Shown here in pieces: positions 45,802 through 55,580 of a stretch of 64,000 nucleotides of DNA; within the stretch, counting starts at the first letter, position 1, and each line of letters begins with the position of its first letter. Source of the stretch: Patescibacteria group bacterium. GTDB lineage: Bacteria; Patescibacteriota; Minisyncoccia; Phycocordibacterales; GCA-2747955. The DNA is taken from contig JBLYPV010000001.1 in assembly GCA_048538215.1 (NCBI GenBank), forward strand, positions 254,196-318,195, read 5' to 3'. A program made the position numbers and the translations under genes. Below the pieces are notes generated by a model, which made no database searches, had not been told where the DNA came from, and worked only from the letters and a program-made list of their open reading frames with translations.

Positions 45802-47646
45802 TTAATTTTTATCATTATTTTCAACATATCCGAGCTCTTTTGCGAGGCTCTCCAATTCTTTTTGTAGTTCTTTGATGCGACTTATGCTTGATTCCCAGAA
45901 AGATGCATCTCGTATATTAATTCCCACCTCACTAAATATTGCTTCTGTAGATTTGCTCGTACCTGCTCGCATAAATTGCTTTACCTGATCTATCGCTTTC
46001 GCGTCTTTTCGTACCATTTGCTGAAGTGCCATTGATATCATCTGACCAGAAGCATATGTATATACATAAAATGGTCGACGAAAATGTCCTACATACATCC
46101 ACCAATTTTCGCTCCCTGAGTCTTGAGACACCGCAGGGCCCATATATGATTTCATATGTTTTTGGAATAACGCACCAATTTCCGTATTTGATACATAGCC
46201 ATATTTCCGCGCTGTTGTATGTAAGTCTTGCTCAAAATTATAGAATGCTACCTGACGAAAAATTGTAGAAACAAGATCATCCATTTTTTGCATCATAATT
46301 ACTAAACGCTCTTTAGTAGTAGCTTCTTTTAGTAATTCCTCAAGGGTAAAATCTTCACAAAAAGTAGAGGCGACTTCCGCAGTAGCTAGTGTCGTGCCAC
46401 AGTATAATACTCCTTGGCTTGGGCGCATTAATTCATTATGTATACCATGCCCTGTCTCATGAGCAATCGTTTGCACATCACGTAGTCGATTACCATAATT
46501 AAGGAGAATATATGTTGGTGTGGTTTTAGAAGCACCAGCACAAAAAGCTCCATCAGCCTTAGCTTTTTTGGGATATACATCTATTCTCCCTTGTATGATA
46601 AATTTATCAAAATATCCTGCAAATTCTTTATCTAAATTTGTATATGCCTTAGATACTAATGCAACGGCCTCTTCGTAGCTAAACTTTTGGCTACTTGTGC
46701 CTATGCTCAAATTTCTTTCATGGTAGGCCAAACTATCTTGCTTTAGAATTCGTGCTTTTAATTTGTAATACTTGTGTACAATACTAAAATTTTTCCTGAC
46801 AACATCAATCATCGTATCTACTGTGCGTGAATCAATATCATCTGCAAGGTGTCGTGCCTGGTCTGGACGAGTATATCCTCGTTTATCATCAGTAATACGC
46901 TTACGCTCCAATACACTATTTATTTCTCGCTCAGTCACCGACGCTTGTCTACGCAAAATAGCATTAACGCCATCCGCTGCAGAATCACGTACTTTCTTTT
47001 TTGGATGACTTATATTGTTTAACAATATAGGCAAGGTACAAGCTTCTTTGATTAATTTTGTTTTGCCTTTTATTTCTATTTCATTCCAAGCTACCTCGGT
47101 ATCGTTTACAAGAAATTCTTCTTGCATATCAATCCAGTTGCCTTCAGATACTCCCGATAACAAGGTGAGGAGATTCTCTTCTTTTTGAGAAAGATTGTAT
47201 TGTGCTCTATCAAAAATACTTTTGAGATAAAAGTGGTATGCCTGCAAATTCTTGCTCGCTAAAAATTTTTTTTGTGTGGCTTTGTCTATTTGTGCCAACG
47301 ATAGTTCAAAAAATGACAAGGCATTGGATAGAGGTATATAAAATTCTTCATATTTTTTTAAAGCTCGCTTGATAGAAATATCAGCAGAATTAAGCGCCTG
47401 CCGTAATTGTAGATAGTAGCCTTCATTGCCAGGATACTCTAAAATATTTGTATACTCTTCTAAGGCTTGTTTCAATCGTGATACTCGAGATAGATAGCTC
47501 TTGTCTTTACTCCATGTATTTACAAAATCTGTAATTATTTTCTTAATTTTTGCTCGCTCCTTAGTAAATTGTGGATCATCAATCTTCTTACCAAGAATAG
47601 ACATATCCCATTCGGTAGCTAATTTTCGCTTTGACATATCCTGCAT
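45802..47646 (-). CDS. pepF: oligoendopeptidase F (M3B family)
   Basis: HETGHGIHNELM zinc motif; 614 aa. Confidence 0.85.
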   Translation of the reverse strand: MQDMSKRKLATEWDMSILGKKIDDPQFTKERAKIKKIITDFVNTWSKDKSYLSRVSRLKQALEEYTNILEYPGNEGYYLQLRQALNSADISIKRALKKYEEFYIPLSNALSFFELSLAQIDKATQKKFLASKNLQAYHFYLKSIFDRAQYNLSQKEENLLTLLSGVSEGNWIDMQEEFLVNDTEVAWNEIEIKGKTKLIKEACTLPILLNNISHPKKKVRDSAADGVNAILRRQASVTEREINSVLERKRITDDKRGYTRPDQARHLADDIDSRTVDTMIDVVRKNFSIVHKYYKLKARILKQDSLAYHERNLSIGTSSQKFSYEEAVALVSKAYTNLDKEFAGYFDKFIIQGRIDVYPKKAKADGAFCAGASKTTPTYILLNYGNRLRDVQTIAHETGHGIHNELMRPSQGVLYCGTTLATAEVASTFCEDFTLEELLKEATTKERLVIMMQKMDDLVSTIFRQVAFYNFEQDLHTTARKYGYVSNTEIGALFQKHMKSYMGPAVSQDSGSENWWMYVGHFRRPFYVYTYASGQMISMALQQMVRKDAKAIDQVKQFMRAGTSKSTEAIFSEVGINIRDASFWESSISRIKELQKELESLAKELGYVENNDKN

Positions 47647-47694
47647 TGTATCACAGTAGTCTTTGCATCATTATAATAGACACCCATAAACTCA

Positions 47695-47702
47695 CCCCCC
47701 CC
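47695..47702. repeat. homopolymeric C8/G8 tract abutting the predicted pepF -35 region
   Basis: GGGGGGGG immediately upstream of TGAGTT...TATTATAAT (17-nt spacing), 28 nt before the pepF ATG. Confidence 0.5.
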
Positions 47703-47751
47703 ATATGATACCTTCTGTATTTACTTGTAATTATTTTATAAATGTATATAA

Positions 47752-47862
47752 TTCTTGTTGATTGATCTGCCCGTATCTTCCGGGTCGAGCTTCCTCATCG
47801 TCGCTCTGCCTCCCCAGAAGATACGCTTTACCCGTCGATATCTGCTCTCGACGGGCTTTTTT
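47752..47862 (+). ncRNA. candidate small RNA / orphan plus-strand terminator unit between pepF and sodA
   Basis: TATATAAT -10-like element at 47738, about 100-nt GC-rich segment with internal stems, ending in CCCGTCGATATCTGCTCTCGACGGG + T8 with no + strand gene upstream. Confidence 0.3.
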
Positions 47863-47871
47863 TTATTCAAA

Positions 47872-47900
47872 AGAAACCCGCTTGTATACAAGCGGGTTAT
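47872..47900 (-). terminator. sodA terminator (AAACCCGCTTGTATACAAGCGGGTT)
   Basis: Perfect hairpin directly after sodA stop. Confidence 0.8.
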
Positions 47901-47919
47901 CTATATAAGACTAAGGCAA

Positions 47920-48525
47920 CTATCCCATACGCTCGGCCACTTTCCCCCAATCTATAATTTGCCAATGAGCATCCAGATACTGAGCTCGCTGATTTTGGTA
48001 TTTCAAATAGTAGGCGTGCTCCCATACATCAATCCCCAAGAGAGGGGTGAATGCTCCCTCTTGTTCTCGTACTACATCCATCAAAGGATTATCTTGATTG
48101 GCAGTAGAAAAAATCTTGAGCTCTCCAGATGAAGCATAGCCAAGCCATGCCCAACCTGAGCCAAATCTTCCCAAAGCTACTTGAGTAAACTTTTCCTTAA
48201 ATGCATCTATTGAACCAAAAGTTTCTGTAATGCGTGTTTCTAATTTGCTCGGCATTTCGCTAGCTTGAGGAGTGAGCGATTCCCAAAAAAATGAGTGGTT
48301 GTAGTGCCCTCCTGCATTATTACGAATTCCTACAGGATAGGCAGAGATATTGGCAAGCAATTTTTCCATACCAATATCTACCACTGAGTGTTCCTCTAGT
48401 AATCTATTAAGATTATCAATATATCCCTGGTGATGTTTACTATGATGAATTTCCATCGTGCGTGCATCAATTGCTGGCTCGAGGGCATCGTAGGCATATG
48501 TTAATTCCGGCAGTGTGTACTTCAT
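47920..48525 (-). CDS. sodA: Fe/Mn superoxide dismutase
   Basis: MKYTLPELTYAYDALEPAIDARTMEIHHSKHHQGY N-terminus, DVWEHAYYL motif. Confidence 0.9.
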   Translation of the reverse strand: MKYTLPELTYAYDALEPAIDARTMEIHHSKHHQGYIDNLNRLLEEHSVVDIGMEKLLANISAYPVGIRNNAGGHYNHSFFWESLTPQASEMPSKLETRITETFGSIDAFKEKFTQVALGRFGSGWAWLGYASSGELKIFSTANQDNPLMDVVREQEGAFTPLLGIDVWEHAYYLKYQNQRAQYLDAHWQIIDWGKVAERMG

Positions 48526-48628
48526 AGATAGTGTGATTACAACTAATAACTATACTTATAGTATAACAAAATAGACAAATAAAAAATCGAGGCTAGTCGC
48601 GCGCTTCGCGCGCGACTCCTCGACTTGC

Positions 48629-48847
48629 CTATCCATCTCCAGAAGCGACACTTAATCGGTCGCCCGGAGTCGCGTAGGTGACTGCCCGAACAGCCCTACG
48701 CAATGCCTCAATGTCGGGCTCTGGCACCCCGCCAACACTTTCCCGCTCCAGAGCGGTAAGTGCTCGGACACGAATCCCACACCTGCGACAGACAGGGGTG
48801 GTGATGAAGTCGCCACACTTGGGGCACTCAACTTTTTTGTTTGACAT
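48629..48847 (-). CDS. small zinc-ribbon protein, GC-rich (about 63% GC) foreign gene
   Basis: CPKCG...CRRCG; GC far above local background; flanked by GC hairpin GAGTCGCGCGC-TTCG-GCGCGCGACTC. Confidence 0.5.
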   Translation of the reverse strand: MSNKKVECPKCGDFITTPVCRRCGIRVRALTALERESVGGVPEPDIEALRRAVRAVTYATPGDRLSVASGDG

Positions 48848-48935
48848 CCTTACTCTCCCTTAAAAGTGCATTACTGGAAAGATCTTACTCATTAACAAGC
48901 TCTTATATACCAAACTATAGGAGTATTCGCAAGGG

Positions 48936-49622
48936 CTATCGATAATGCACCTCACCGATCCCATATCCATAGAATAACTCATCCATCATTTGCTCCATCT
49001 CTCGTGCTCTTTGTATAAGACTATAATCTTCATTGGAATAAGGCATATTATAGTATCTTTCGTGAGGAAAATGGTGACGATCTCTTAGTGGATATACTTT
49101 ATTCTCATACTGAAGATACCTCGTATCTTTTTCTAAAGCCATAAGTTCTGGTAGTGTGTAAAATAAGCTTGTGAGGAATACTGCCCCTCCGAACACTGCT
49201 ATAAACATTGCATAGAGCCACGCCTTAGCTGGATAAATAAAATAATTACGCCCACAAAAAAGGTATATTCCCAGCCATAGAATAAGAGTGAGAATCGCTA
49301 TATCCATAATGGCTCCACCTGCAATCAATCCAAGGTATGGAGCTAAATCAATATAAGCGAATAGCTCTACTCCAAAAGCAGTGTGGATGATTTGTGATAC
49401 CTGGTGAGGATCTCCAATAAGGAGAATCGCGGTTAGCGTGTCGAAAATAAGTGCAAATGAAGTAGCAATAATAATCGCCAGGCCAACGATCTGCCATACT
49501 CGTGCGAGGCGGATCTTGCTCAATTGAGCAATAAGCCATATCCATAGCCGAGTACAGTACCGCCACAAAACACCTAAGACATCCATTAATTCTCTGCCTA
49601 GATTTTTTTGTTTTTCACTCAT
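48936..49622 (-). CDS. hypothetical multi-pass membrane protein
   Basis: Several hydrophobic helices. Confidence 0.5.
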   Translation of the reverse strand: MSEKQKNLGRELMDVLGVLWRYCTRLWIWLIAQLSKIRLARVWQIVGLAIIIATSFALIFDTLTAILLIGDPHQVSQIIHTAFGVELFAYIDLAPYLGLIAGGAIMDIAILTLILWLGIYLFCGRNYFIYPAKAWLYAMFIAVFGGAVFLTSLFYTLPELMALEKDTRYLQYENKVYPLRDRHHFPHERYYNMPYSNEDYSLIQRAREMEQMMDELFYGYGIGEVHYR

Positions 49623-49640
49623 AGTATCTATAGTACGAAA

Positions 49641-49889
49641 TTACTGGCTTTCATACAAGTCTTCAATATCTTGAGCAAGATTTTTATCTTTTTGTGTAAT
49701 CGTATGACGAGCACTATGAGTGGTGCTCGTAATATTTACCCACTTGTAATCATACACCCCTATATCTGGATGATGATTATGTGTATTGCATAGCAAAGCT
49801 ACTTGAGTAATAAAATTAATTGCTCTATCAAAATTTTCAAATTCAAAATTAGCTACTAAATAATTTTCTTGTTCTTCAAAATACTTCAT
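49641..49889 (-). CDS. pterin-4-alpha-carbinolamine dehydratase (PCD/DCoH family)
   Basis: NHHPDIGVYDYKWVNITSTTH matches the PCD His motifs. Confidence 0.7.
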   Translation of the reverse strand: MKYFEEQENYLVANFEFENFDRAINFITQVALLCNTHNHHPDIGVYDYKWVNITSTTHSARHTITQKDKNLAQDIEDLYESQ

Positions 49890-49897
49890 ATATGTAG

Positions 49898-50506
49898 TTA
49901 CATTCCATTTTTGAATACAGAGTAATCAAATGATAAGTCCTCACGAATCAAACTCCCATACTTGGCATACACGAGAAGCTCATCAATTGAATTTTGTGCA
50001 CGAGTCTTGTGATAGTAATCACTCTCTAGAGCTTGATCAAGATCAGTAGTATTAAAAATATTTTCTACCTCCCGTATGATTAAGTAATCAGGGATAAGCA
50101 ACATACGATTATTTTTATTAATGCTTGATTTAAGCTCGGCAATTGGATAAGACCCTCCGCGTCCGGATGATACTCCTACCAATAGTGCTGGCTTATGCCC
50201 TACCGTCTGTCGATCCAGATGCATAATAATATTTTGGAGTGATGGTGGTACAGTACCATTCCATTCAGCTGCGATAATAATATAGCCATCACACGAAGCC
50301 AAAGGAGCTCGATATTGCTCCCAATTCAAAGCTTGCTCGCTTTCCTTCTTCCACATATCTTCACTCCACATAGGGAGTGCTACTTCATGCATATCTACAA
50401 GCTCAATTTCTTCTTTTTGTTTGCCTAAGTAATACGCACAATAATCTGCTACCTTGCGTGATCCTGAACGAGCTCGATTTGAGCCTACAATAATTCCAAT
50501 TTTCAT
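49898..50506 (-). CDS. NAD(P)H-dependent FMN reductase / flavodoxin-like fold protein
   Basis: MKIGIIVGSNRARSGSRKVADY N-terminal flavin-binding motif. Confidence 0.7.
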   Translation of the reverse strand: MKIGIIVGSNRARSGSRKVADYCAYYLGKQKEEIELVDMHEVALPMWSEDMWKKESEQALNWEQYRAPLASCDGYIIIAAEWNGTVPPSLQNIIMHLDRQTVGHKPALLVGVSSGRGGSYPIAELKSSINKNNRMLLIPDYLIIREVENIFNTTDLDQALESDYYHKTRAQNSIDELLVYAKYGSLIREDLSFDYSVFKNGM

Positions 50507-50513
50507 ATATTAT

Positions 50514-51500
50514 TTATGCTAGTACTTCTTCTATTTTCTTTTTTATTCCATCTACATCAAGGCCGTGCTTGGCAAGTAGCTCCTCCGGATTGCCCGATTC
50601 ACCAAATAGGTCATCGATGCCGTGGATATATACCCGTACTCCTTGATCACATATACTCTCTACTACGGCACTGCCCAAACCACCTGCTTTTTGATGTTCT
50701 TCTACCGTGAGTATACGCCCACAATCTCTTACCGCCTGAGTGATTGCTTCTTTGTCGAGTGGCTTGATGGTATGCATATTTATTACTCGAATGCCAACCC
50801 CCCTTTCATCCATCTCTCTTACTGCTTGTAGTACATTGTAGGTCAGCGATCCAGCTGTAATAATAGCAAGGCTTAATGGGTGGTTTTTTGATTCATACAT
50901 TACCTGTGCTTTACCAAGCTCGAAAGGAGTGTCTATGGTGGTCATTACTGGTGTTTTTTGTTTTTCTAGTCGTAAGTAAGTAGGGGCACTTGTTTTAGCA
51001 ATCGCTTGTACTGCTTGTAGCGCTTGTATGCTATCGCAAGGATACACTACTTCCATTCGAGGAATTACGCGAGTGAGGGCAATATCCTCTATTGCCTGAT
51101 GCGTACCACCATCCCAAGCTACAGAAATTCCAGCATGTCCTCCTATGATTTTAACTGGCACATCATTGTAGCAAATAGTAGTACGGATTTGCTCCCAGTT
51201 TCGCCCTGGATTAAACATTGCGTATGAGGCAGCAAAAGGTATCTTACCCATAGCCGCCATCCCACTTGCCACACTCGCTAGGTTTTGCTCTGCTACTCCC
51301 ATCTCAATAAAACGATCTGGAAATGCATCACGAAAATGGTGCATACGAGTAGATTCTGTCAGATCACAACATAGACCGACTACCCTATCATCAGCTCGTG
51401 CTGCCTCTACAAGCCCTTCACCAAAGCCATTTCGGGTAGGCACTCGCTCAACATCTGTATCAAATAATAATGGATTTAATTTCAATTCTGGATTCAGCAT
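50514..51500 (-). CDS. transketolase, C-terminal (pyrimidine-binding plus C-terminal domain) subunit
   Basis: Transketolase Pyr/C-terminal domain; pairs with upstream N-terminal subunit. Confidence 0.85.
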   Translation of the reverse strand: MLNPELKLNPLLFDTDVERVPTRNGFGEGLVEAARADDRVVGLCCDLTESTRMHHFRDAFPDRFIEMGVAEQNLASVASGMAAMGKIPFAASYAMFNPGRNWEQIRTTICYNDVPVKIIGGHAGISVAWDGGTHQAIEDIALTRVIPRMEVVYPCDSIQALQAVQAIAKTSAPTYLRLEKQKTPVMTTIDTPFELGKAQVMYESKNHPLSLAIITAGSLTYNVLQAVREMDERGVGIRVINMHTIKPLDKEAITQAVRDCGRILTVEEHQKAGGLGSAVVESICDQGVRVYIHGIDDLFGESGNPEELLAKHGLDVDGIKKKIEEVLA

Positions 51501-51515
51501 ATATCTTATTATGGA

Positions 51516-52352
51516 TTATTTTTCAAGCTCTGCAATGGCCATTTGAGCCTCTTGAGCATTCGGTGCTTCACCGTGCCACTTATACTTGCGCTCCCACTCG
51601 CTCACTCCTTTTGAAGCAATAGTGTGCGCGATAATAAGGGTAGGCTTTTGAAAAACCGCTCGTCCTTGATCAATAGCATCAGCAATTTCTTCAATGTTGT
51701 GCCCATTAATATCAAGAACATGAAAGCCAAAGCTCTCCCATTTTTCACGATATGGCTCGAGTGGCATTATATCTTGGGTATGGCCATCAATTTGAATATT
51801 ATTTCTATCTACAATACAAATAAGATTACCTAAAGAGTGTTTGGAAGCAAGCATCGCCGCTTCCCAAATCTGGCCTTCATTTGTTTCACCATCTCCCATC
51901 AAGCAGAAAAAAGCTTTATTCGATTCACGCCCATTATCTATTCTATCGGCAAGCGCCATTCCTACCGCCTGTGAAAGTCCTGATCCAAGTGGACCTGATG
52001 ATGTCTCAAGTGCAGGGAGAAATTCTCGGTGTGGATGCCCTTGTAAGGGCGAATTAAAGCTACGCAAAGTATAGAGTACTGAGATATCAAAATACCCACT
52101 ATGTGCCATAGCGGCATACAGTACCGGACAGATATGCCCATTTGAGAGAATTAGCCGATCTCTATCTGGCCATTGAGGATTCTCGGGCTTGTGATTGAGT
52201 GAGTAAAAATAAAGAGTAGTAAACACATCAGCCATCCCTAAAGAACCAGCGGTGTGCCCTGAGCCAGCCTTCTCAAGCATTTTAACAATATCTATACGGA
52301 TAGCCTTAGCTCGTGCTTCTAATTCACTTACCTTTTGTGGGGAAATACTCAT
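51516..52352 (-). CDS. transketolase, N-terminal (TPP-binding) subunit
   Basis: GSGHTAGSLGMADV and GDG...N TPP-binding motifs; start at MSISPQKV. Confidence 0.85.
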   Translation of the reverse strand: MSISPQKVSELEARAKAIRIDIVKMLEKAGSGHTAGSLGMADVFTTLYFYSLNHKPENPQWPDRDRLILSNGHICPVLYAAMAHSGYFDISVLYTLRSFNSPLQGHPHREFLPALETSSGPLGSGLSQAVGMALADRIDNGRESNKAFFCLMGDGETNEGQIWEAAMLASKHSLGNLICIVDRNNIQIDGHTQDIMPLEPYREKWESFGFHVLDINGHNIEEIADAIDQGRAVFQKPTLIIAHTIASKGVSEWERKYKWHGEAPNAQEAQMAIAELEK

Positions 52353-52420
52353 AGGTATATTATGAATGATATTTATAAAATATCGAAATATATATTGGGG
52401 ACAAAAAAGCAAACTTATAC

Positions 52421-53152
52421 CTAAAGCTCTTTGGCTCGCTCTAGTAGCCCTCCTATATCTTGTGATTCAAATAAGCCAGAATTCATACCAAGCCGATCTG
52501 CTCCAGCTTGTATAAGCTTGCTTATGTGCACTTCTTTTACTCCTCCATCAATCTGGATTGGTATATCAGGAAAGGCTCGACGAATTCGACGGATCCTGTC
52601 GTAGACTTTTGGTGAAAGTGCTTGCCCGCTATAGCCCACTTTTTCAATCCCCATAATCTGAATGTATTCAAATTCGCTGTGAGACTCTAAGACCTTGCGA
52701 ATCTCATTGCGAGTATGTGATAGCCGTACTGCCAAACCACAACGAAATGGCAAGGATGTGCTCTTTGATTTTGTGTGCAATCGGTCAAAAAGCTCATCCC
52801 AACGATAGGTAGATCCTAAGTGAAAGACCACCCGATCAGGTGAGGCTTCGATGAGGGTACTACTCCAGCGAGTCATCACTTTTGGCTGATCTAAATCTAC
52901 CATCATATCAAGCTCTAATTTGAGCCCTAATTGTTTTGCTATATTTCGTATTTTCTCTACAGATGCCACTCTCCCTGAGGATGCATAGGTATGCGATGGT
53001 ACAAAATTACCATCAGTGATATCTACCTGCACAGTAGATACTAAGGTAGAGATTCGTTTCATACGAGAAACAATCGAAGAATACCGCTTTTCTAAAATAG
53101 CTGGGAGGATACGCTCTTGCATATATTGAGTATAATACAATCGCACATACAA
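52421..53152 (-). CDS. rpe: ribulose-phosphate 3-epimerase
   Basis: TIM-barrel epimerase motifs (VDITDGNFVP..., IQIDGG). Confidence 0.75.
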   Translation of the reverse strand: MYVRLYYTQYMQERILPAILEKRYSSIVSRMKRISTLVSTVQVDITDGNFVPSHTYASSGRVASVEKIRNIAKQLGLKLELDMMVDLDQPKVMTRWSSTLIEASPDRVVFHLGSTYRWDELFDRLHTKSKSTSLPFRCGLAVRLSHTRNEIRKVLESHSEFEYIQIMGIEKVGYSGQALSPKVYDRIRRIRRAFPDIPIQIDGGVKEVHISKLIQAGADRLGMNSGLFESQDIGGLLERAKEL

Positions 53153-53204
53153 TCAACAAAAGAATAATACAAAACCCACAGAATAATTCTGTGGGTTTTG
53201 TATG

Positions 53205-53657
53205 TTATCGCCAGCCGAGTGTGATGAATACAAATCTTTCAAATCCTCCGTACACTAAATCAAATAATTTGTGTTCGCGTACTTCAGCTTTTTGGATCGT
53301 CTTCACACTAGCGGGGCTTGTTTCTGTGTCCTCTTCAGTTTCATCTACATAAGTAGTGGTAGAAACTGTTGTGGTACTACTGGTATCGAGTGCACCAGAC
53401 CCGATTGCGACCGATGAAGTGGCCTTTACGCTTGCCGAGCTAGTGGCCGTCATCTCTGCAGGGGATGTCGTACTAGTAGACGAAGCACTAATAAGTCCTC
53501 CATATATGGCCGTCCCAGTGGCACCAGAAACAGCTACCACTGGTGAGTCCAAATTTATCTTATCGGACGATATTGCAACAGGTATCCCAGCGGATACCTG
53601 GGCAAGTGCACTATGTGCAAACAGAAGAGTAAACACAATTGCTACTCTTTTGAACAT
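53205..53657 (-). CDS. secreted Ser/Thr-rich low-complexity protein
   Basis: Signal peptide plus S/T-rich composition. Confidence 0.45.
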   Translation of the reverse strand: MFKRVAIVFTLLFAHSALAQVSAGIPVAISSDKINLDSPVVAVSGATGTAIYGGLISASSTSTTSPAEMTATSSASVKATSSVAIGSGALDTSSTTTVSTTTYVDETEEDTETSPASVKTIQKAEVREHKLFDLVYGGFERFVFITLGWR

Positions 53658-53714
53658 AGTTTTCTAAATTGTGTGTATCGTAATGATACACATAGTCAGT
53701 ATAGCAAATGTGTA

Positions 53715-54281
53715 TTATTTGAACAGCCCGAGTATCCACTCGAATATTCTTTTGTACCAGGGTAGCGACGATTCACTCTCTGGAGTACTTGGCGGTGGTG
53801 TACTTGGCCCCACAAAGCCATCGCCAGGATTAGTCGTGGGCCCTTGTACCCATGGAGCATCCACCTCCCCATTGCTTTGCACTATTTGTATCATATGGCT
53901 TTTGGCATCTTCCAATGAATCAAATCGATATTGTGGATTACGCTCATCTACATAGCCAAGATCGTCAGAGAGAAACCAGATCATAATATCTCCCTCCTGG
54001 TAAAATGATCCACAAGAATGAGCAGCGCTTGTAATTTCTAGATCACCCATTACCTCACCTCGGTATGACTGTGTCACAGCAATGAGATACTGTGGCCCCG
54101 TGGTATTGTCTGATGCTTTTTCTACTTCTTTTACTTGCCCAAGGAATATATTTTGATATTTTTGATTGGCATAATTCTCTTCGATGCTTTTCATGCGGTC
54201 AGCATCGGGAGTAAAACTACAGCCCATTGCCACTCCTGCGCTTGCCAGAAATACTCCAATTATGATAGGTATTTTATACAT
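53715..54281 (-). CDS. secreted/lipoprotein-like hypothetical protein
   Basis: Signal peptide with MGCSF lipobox-like motif. Confidence 0.45.
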   Translation of the reverse strand: MYKIPIIIGVFLASAGVAMGCSFTPDADRMKSIEENYANQKYQNIFLGQVKEVEKASDNTTGPQYLIAVTQSYRGEVMGDLEITSAAHSCGSFYQEGDIMIWFLSDDLGYVDERNPQYRFDSLEDAKSHMIQIVQSNGEVDAPWVQGPTTNPGDGFVGPSTPPPSTPESESSLPWYKRIFEWILGLFK

Positions 54282-54282
54282 A

Positions 54283-55503
54283 TTATTCTTCTTTCTTTTT
54301 AATTTTAATACGCAACATCTTGCGCCCGAGCTTGAGCACTACCCCTTTTTCTAATTGCTCTCGGCTAAGCTTTATTTTTATTTTTTTTACTTTTTTGCCA
54401 TCTAATTGGACTGCTCCCTCATCTAATTTACGACGAGCCTCGCTTCCTGATTTTACTAATCCAGTATGTTTCAAAAGATCCATAATCTCTACGGGAGATT
54501 CGATAAGATGCTCGGGAATATCTTTTGGCACGCCTCCTTGAGAGAATTGTGTCTCCCAGTGTGTCTGTGCTTCTTGAGCAATTTCTTCTGAATGATACAT
54601 AGCGGTAATGATACGCGCTAAATCTTTCTTTATATCTCTTGGATTTGCTCCTTTGTCTAATTGTTTTTGATACCCTTGCACTTCTTTCATTGGTATACGA
54701 GTACAATAAATAAAATAATCCATGAGCAAATCATCATGCATCGACATTATTTTGCCATACATCTCAATAGGCTGATCTAGTATATTTACCGTATTGCCCC
54801 AACTTGAAGACATTTTCCTTCCATCTAATCCATTGATGAGACCCGTCATCACTACAGATTGTGGCTCCTGCTTGTATGCACGCTGAAGCTCACGCCCAGC
54901 AAGTAAATTAAATCGCTGGTCAGTACCACCCAATTCAACATCAGCTTCTATTGCTACCGAATCATAGCCCTGCATAAGCGGATATAAAACTTCTCGCAGT
55001 GATACTCGCTTGCCTGCATTTATTCGGCGTTTGATGTTGTCCCGTGCAATAAAATCTGCCACCGAGAATACATCTGCGTGCTCTCCAATCTCAGCGTAGC
55101 GTAATTTATTAAGCCACTCGCTATTTCTCCGTAATTCAACCTTATCCATATCTAAAATTTTTCCTGCCTGCTCGGCATAGGCTTTGAGATTTTTATTTAT
55201 TTGCTCTTTGCTAAGCATAGGGCGCTCACTTTCCTTGTCTGATGTATCACCTACTACACCAGTAGCATCACCTATAATAAGAATTATCTTGTGGCCGAGC
55301 TCTTGAAAGTCTCGTAATTTTAAAAGTGGGATAGAACGGCCGATGTGTAAGTGTGGGCTCGTGGGGTCTATGCCAAGCTTAATTCGTAATTGTTTGCCGG
55401 ACAATAGCTTGTCTCTCAATTCTTTTTGCTCTGGTAGAATTTCTTCTACTCCGCGCGTAAGTAGCTCATCTATCTTTTTCTTGTCAGTAATAACTTTTGC
55501 CAT
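54283..55503 (-). CDS. tyrS: tyrosine--tRNA ligase
   Basis: HIGH-type region, KMSSS motif, C-terminal S4 domain. Confidence 0.9.
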   Translation of the reverse strand: MAKVITDKKKIDELLTRGVEEILPEQKELRDKLLSGKQLRIKLGIDPTSPHLHIGRSIPLLKLRDFQELGHKIILIIGDATGVVGDTSDKESERPMLSKEQINKNLKAYAEQAGKILDMDKVELRRNSEWLNKLRYAEIGEHADVFSVADFIARDNIKRRINAGKRVSLREVLYPLMQGYDSVAIEADVELGGTDQRFNLLAGRELQRAYKQEPQSVVMTGLINGLDGRKMSSSWGNTVNILDQPIEMYGKIMSMHDDLLMDYFIYCTRIPMKEVQGYQKQLDKGANPRDIKKDLARIITAMYHSEEIAQEAQTHWETQFSQGGVPKDIPEHLIESPVEIMDLLKHTGLVKSGSEARRKLDEGAVQLDGKKVKKIKIKLSREQLEKGVVLKLGRKMLRIKIKKKEE

Positions 55504-55580
55504 ACCCCCTATCATACCAACTTAATGCTAAAAATAAATATCCCCATAATCTTATTGATAAAAATTGCTATACTATCACC

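Noticed and set aside
47755-48132. 125-aa plus-strand ORF
   Set aside because: It is antisense to sodA and the sodA terminator, with an implausible product.
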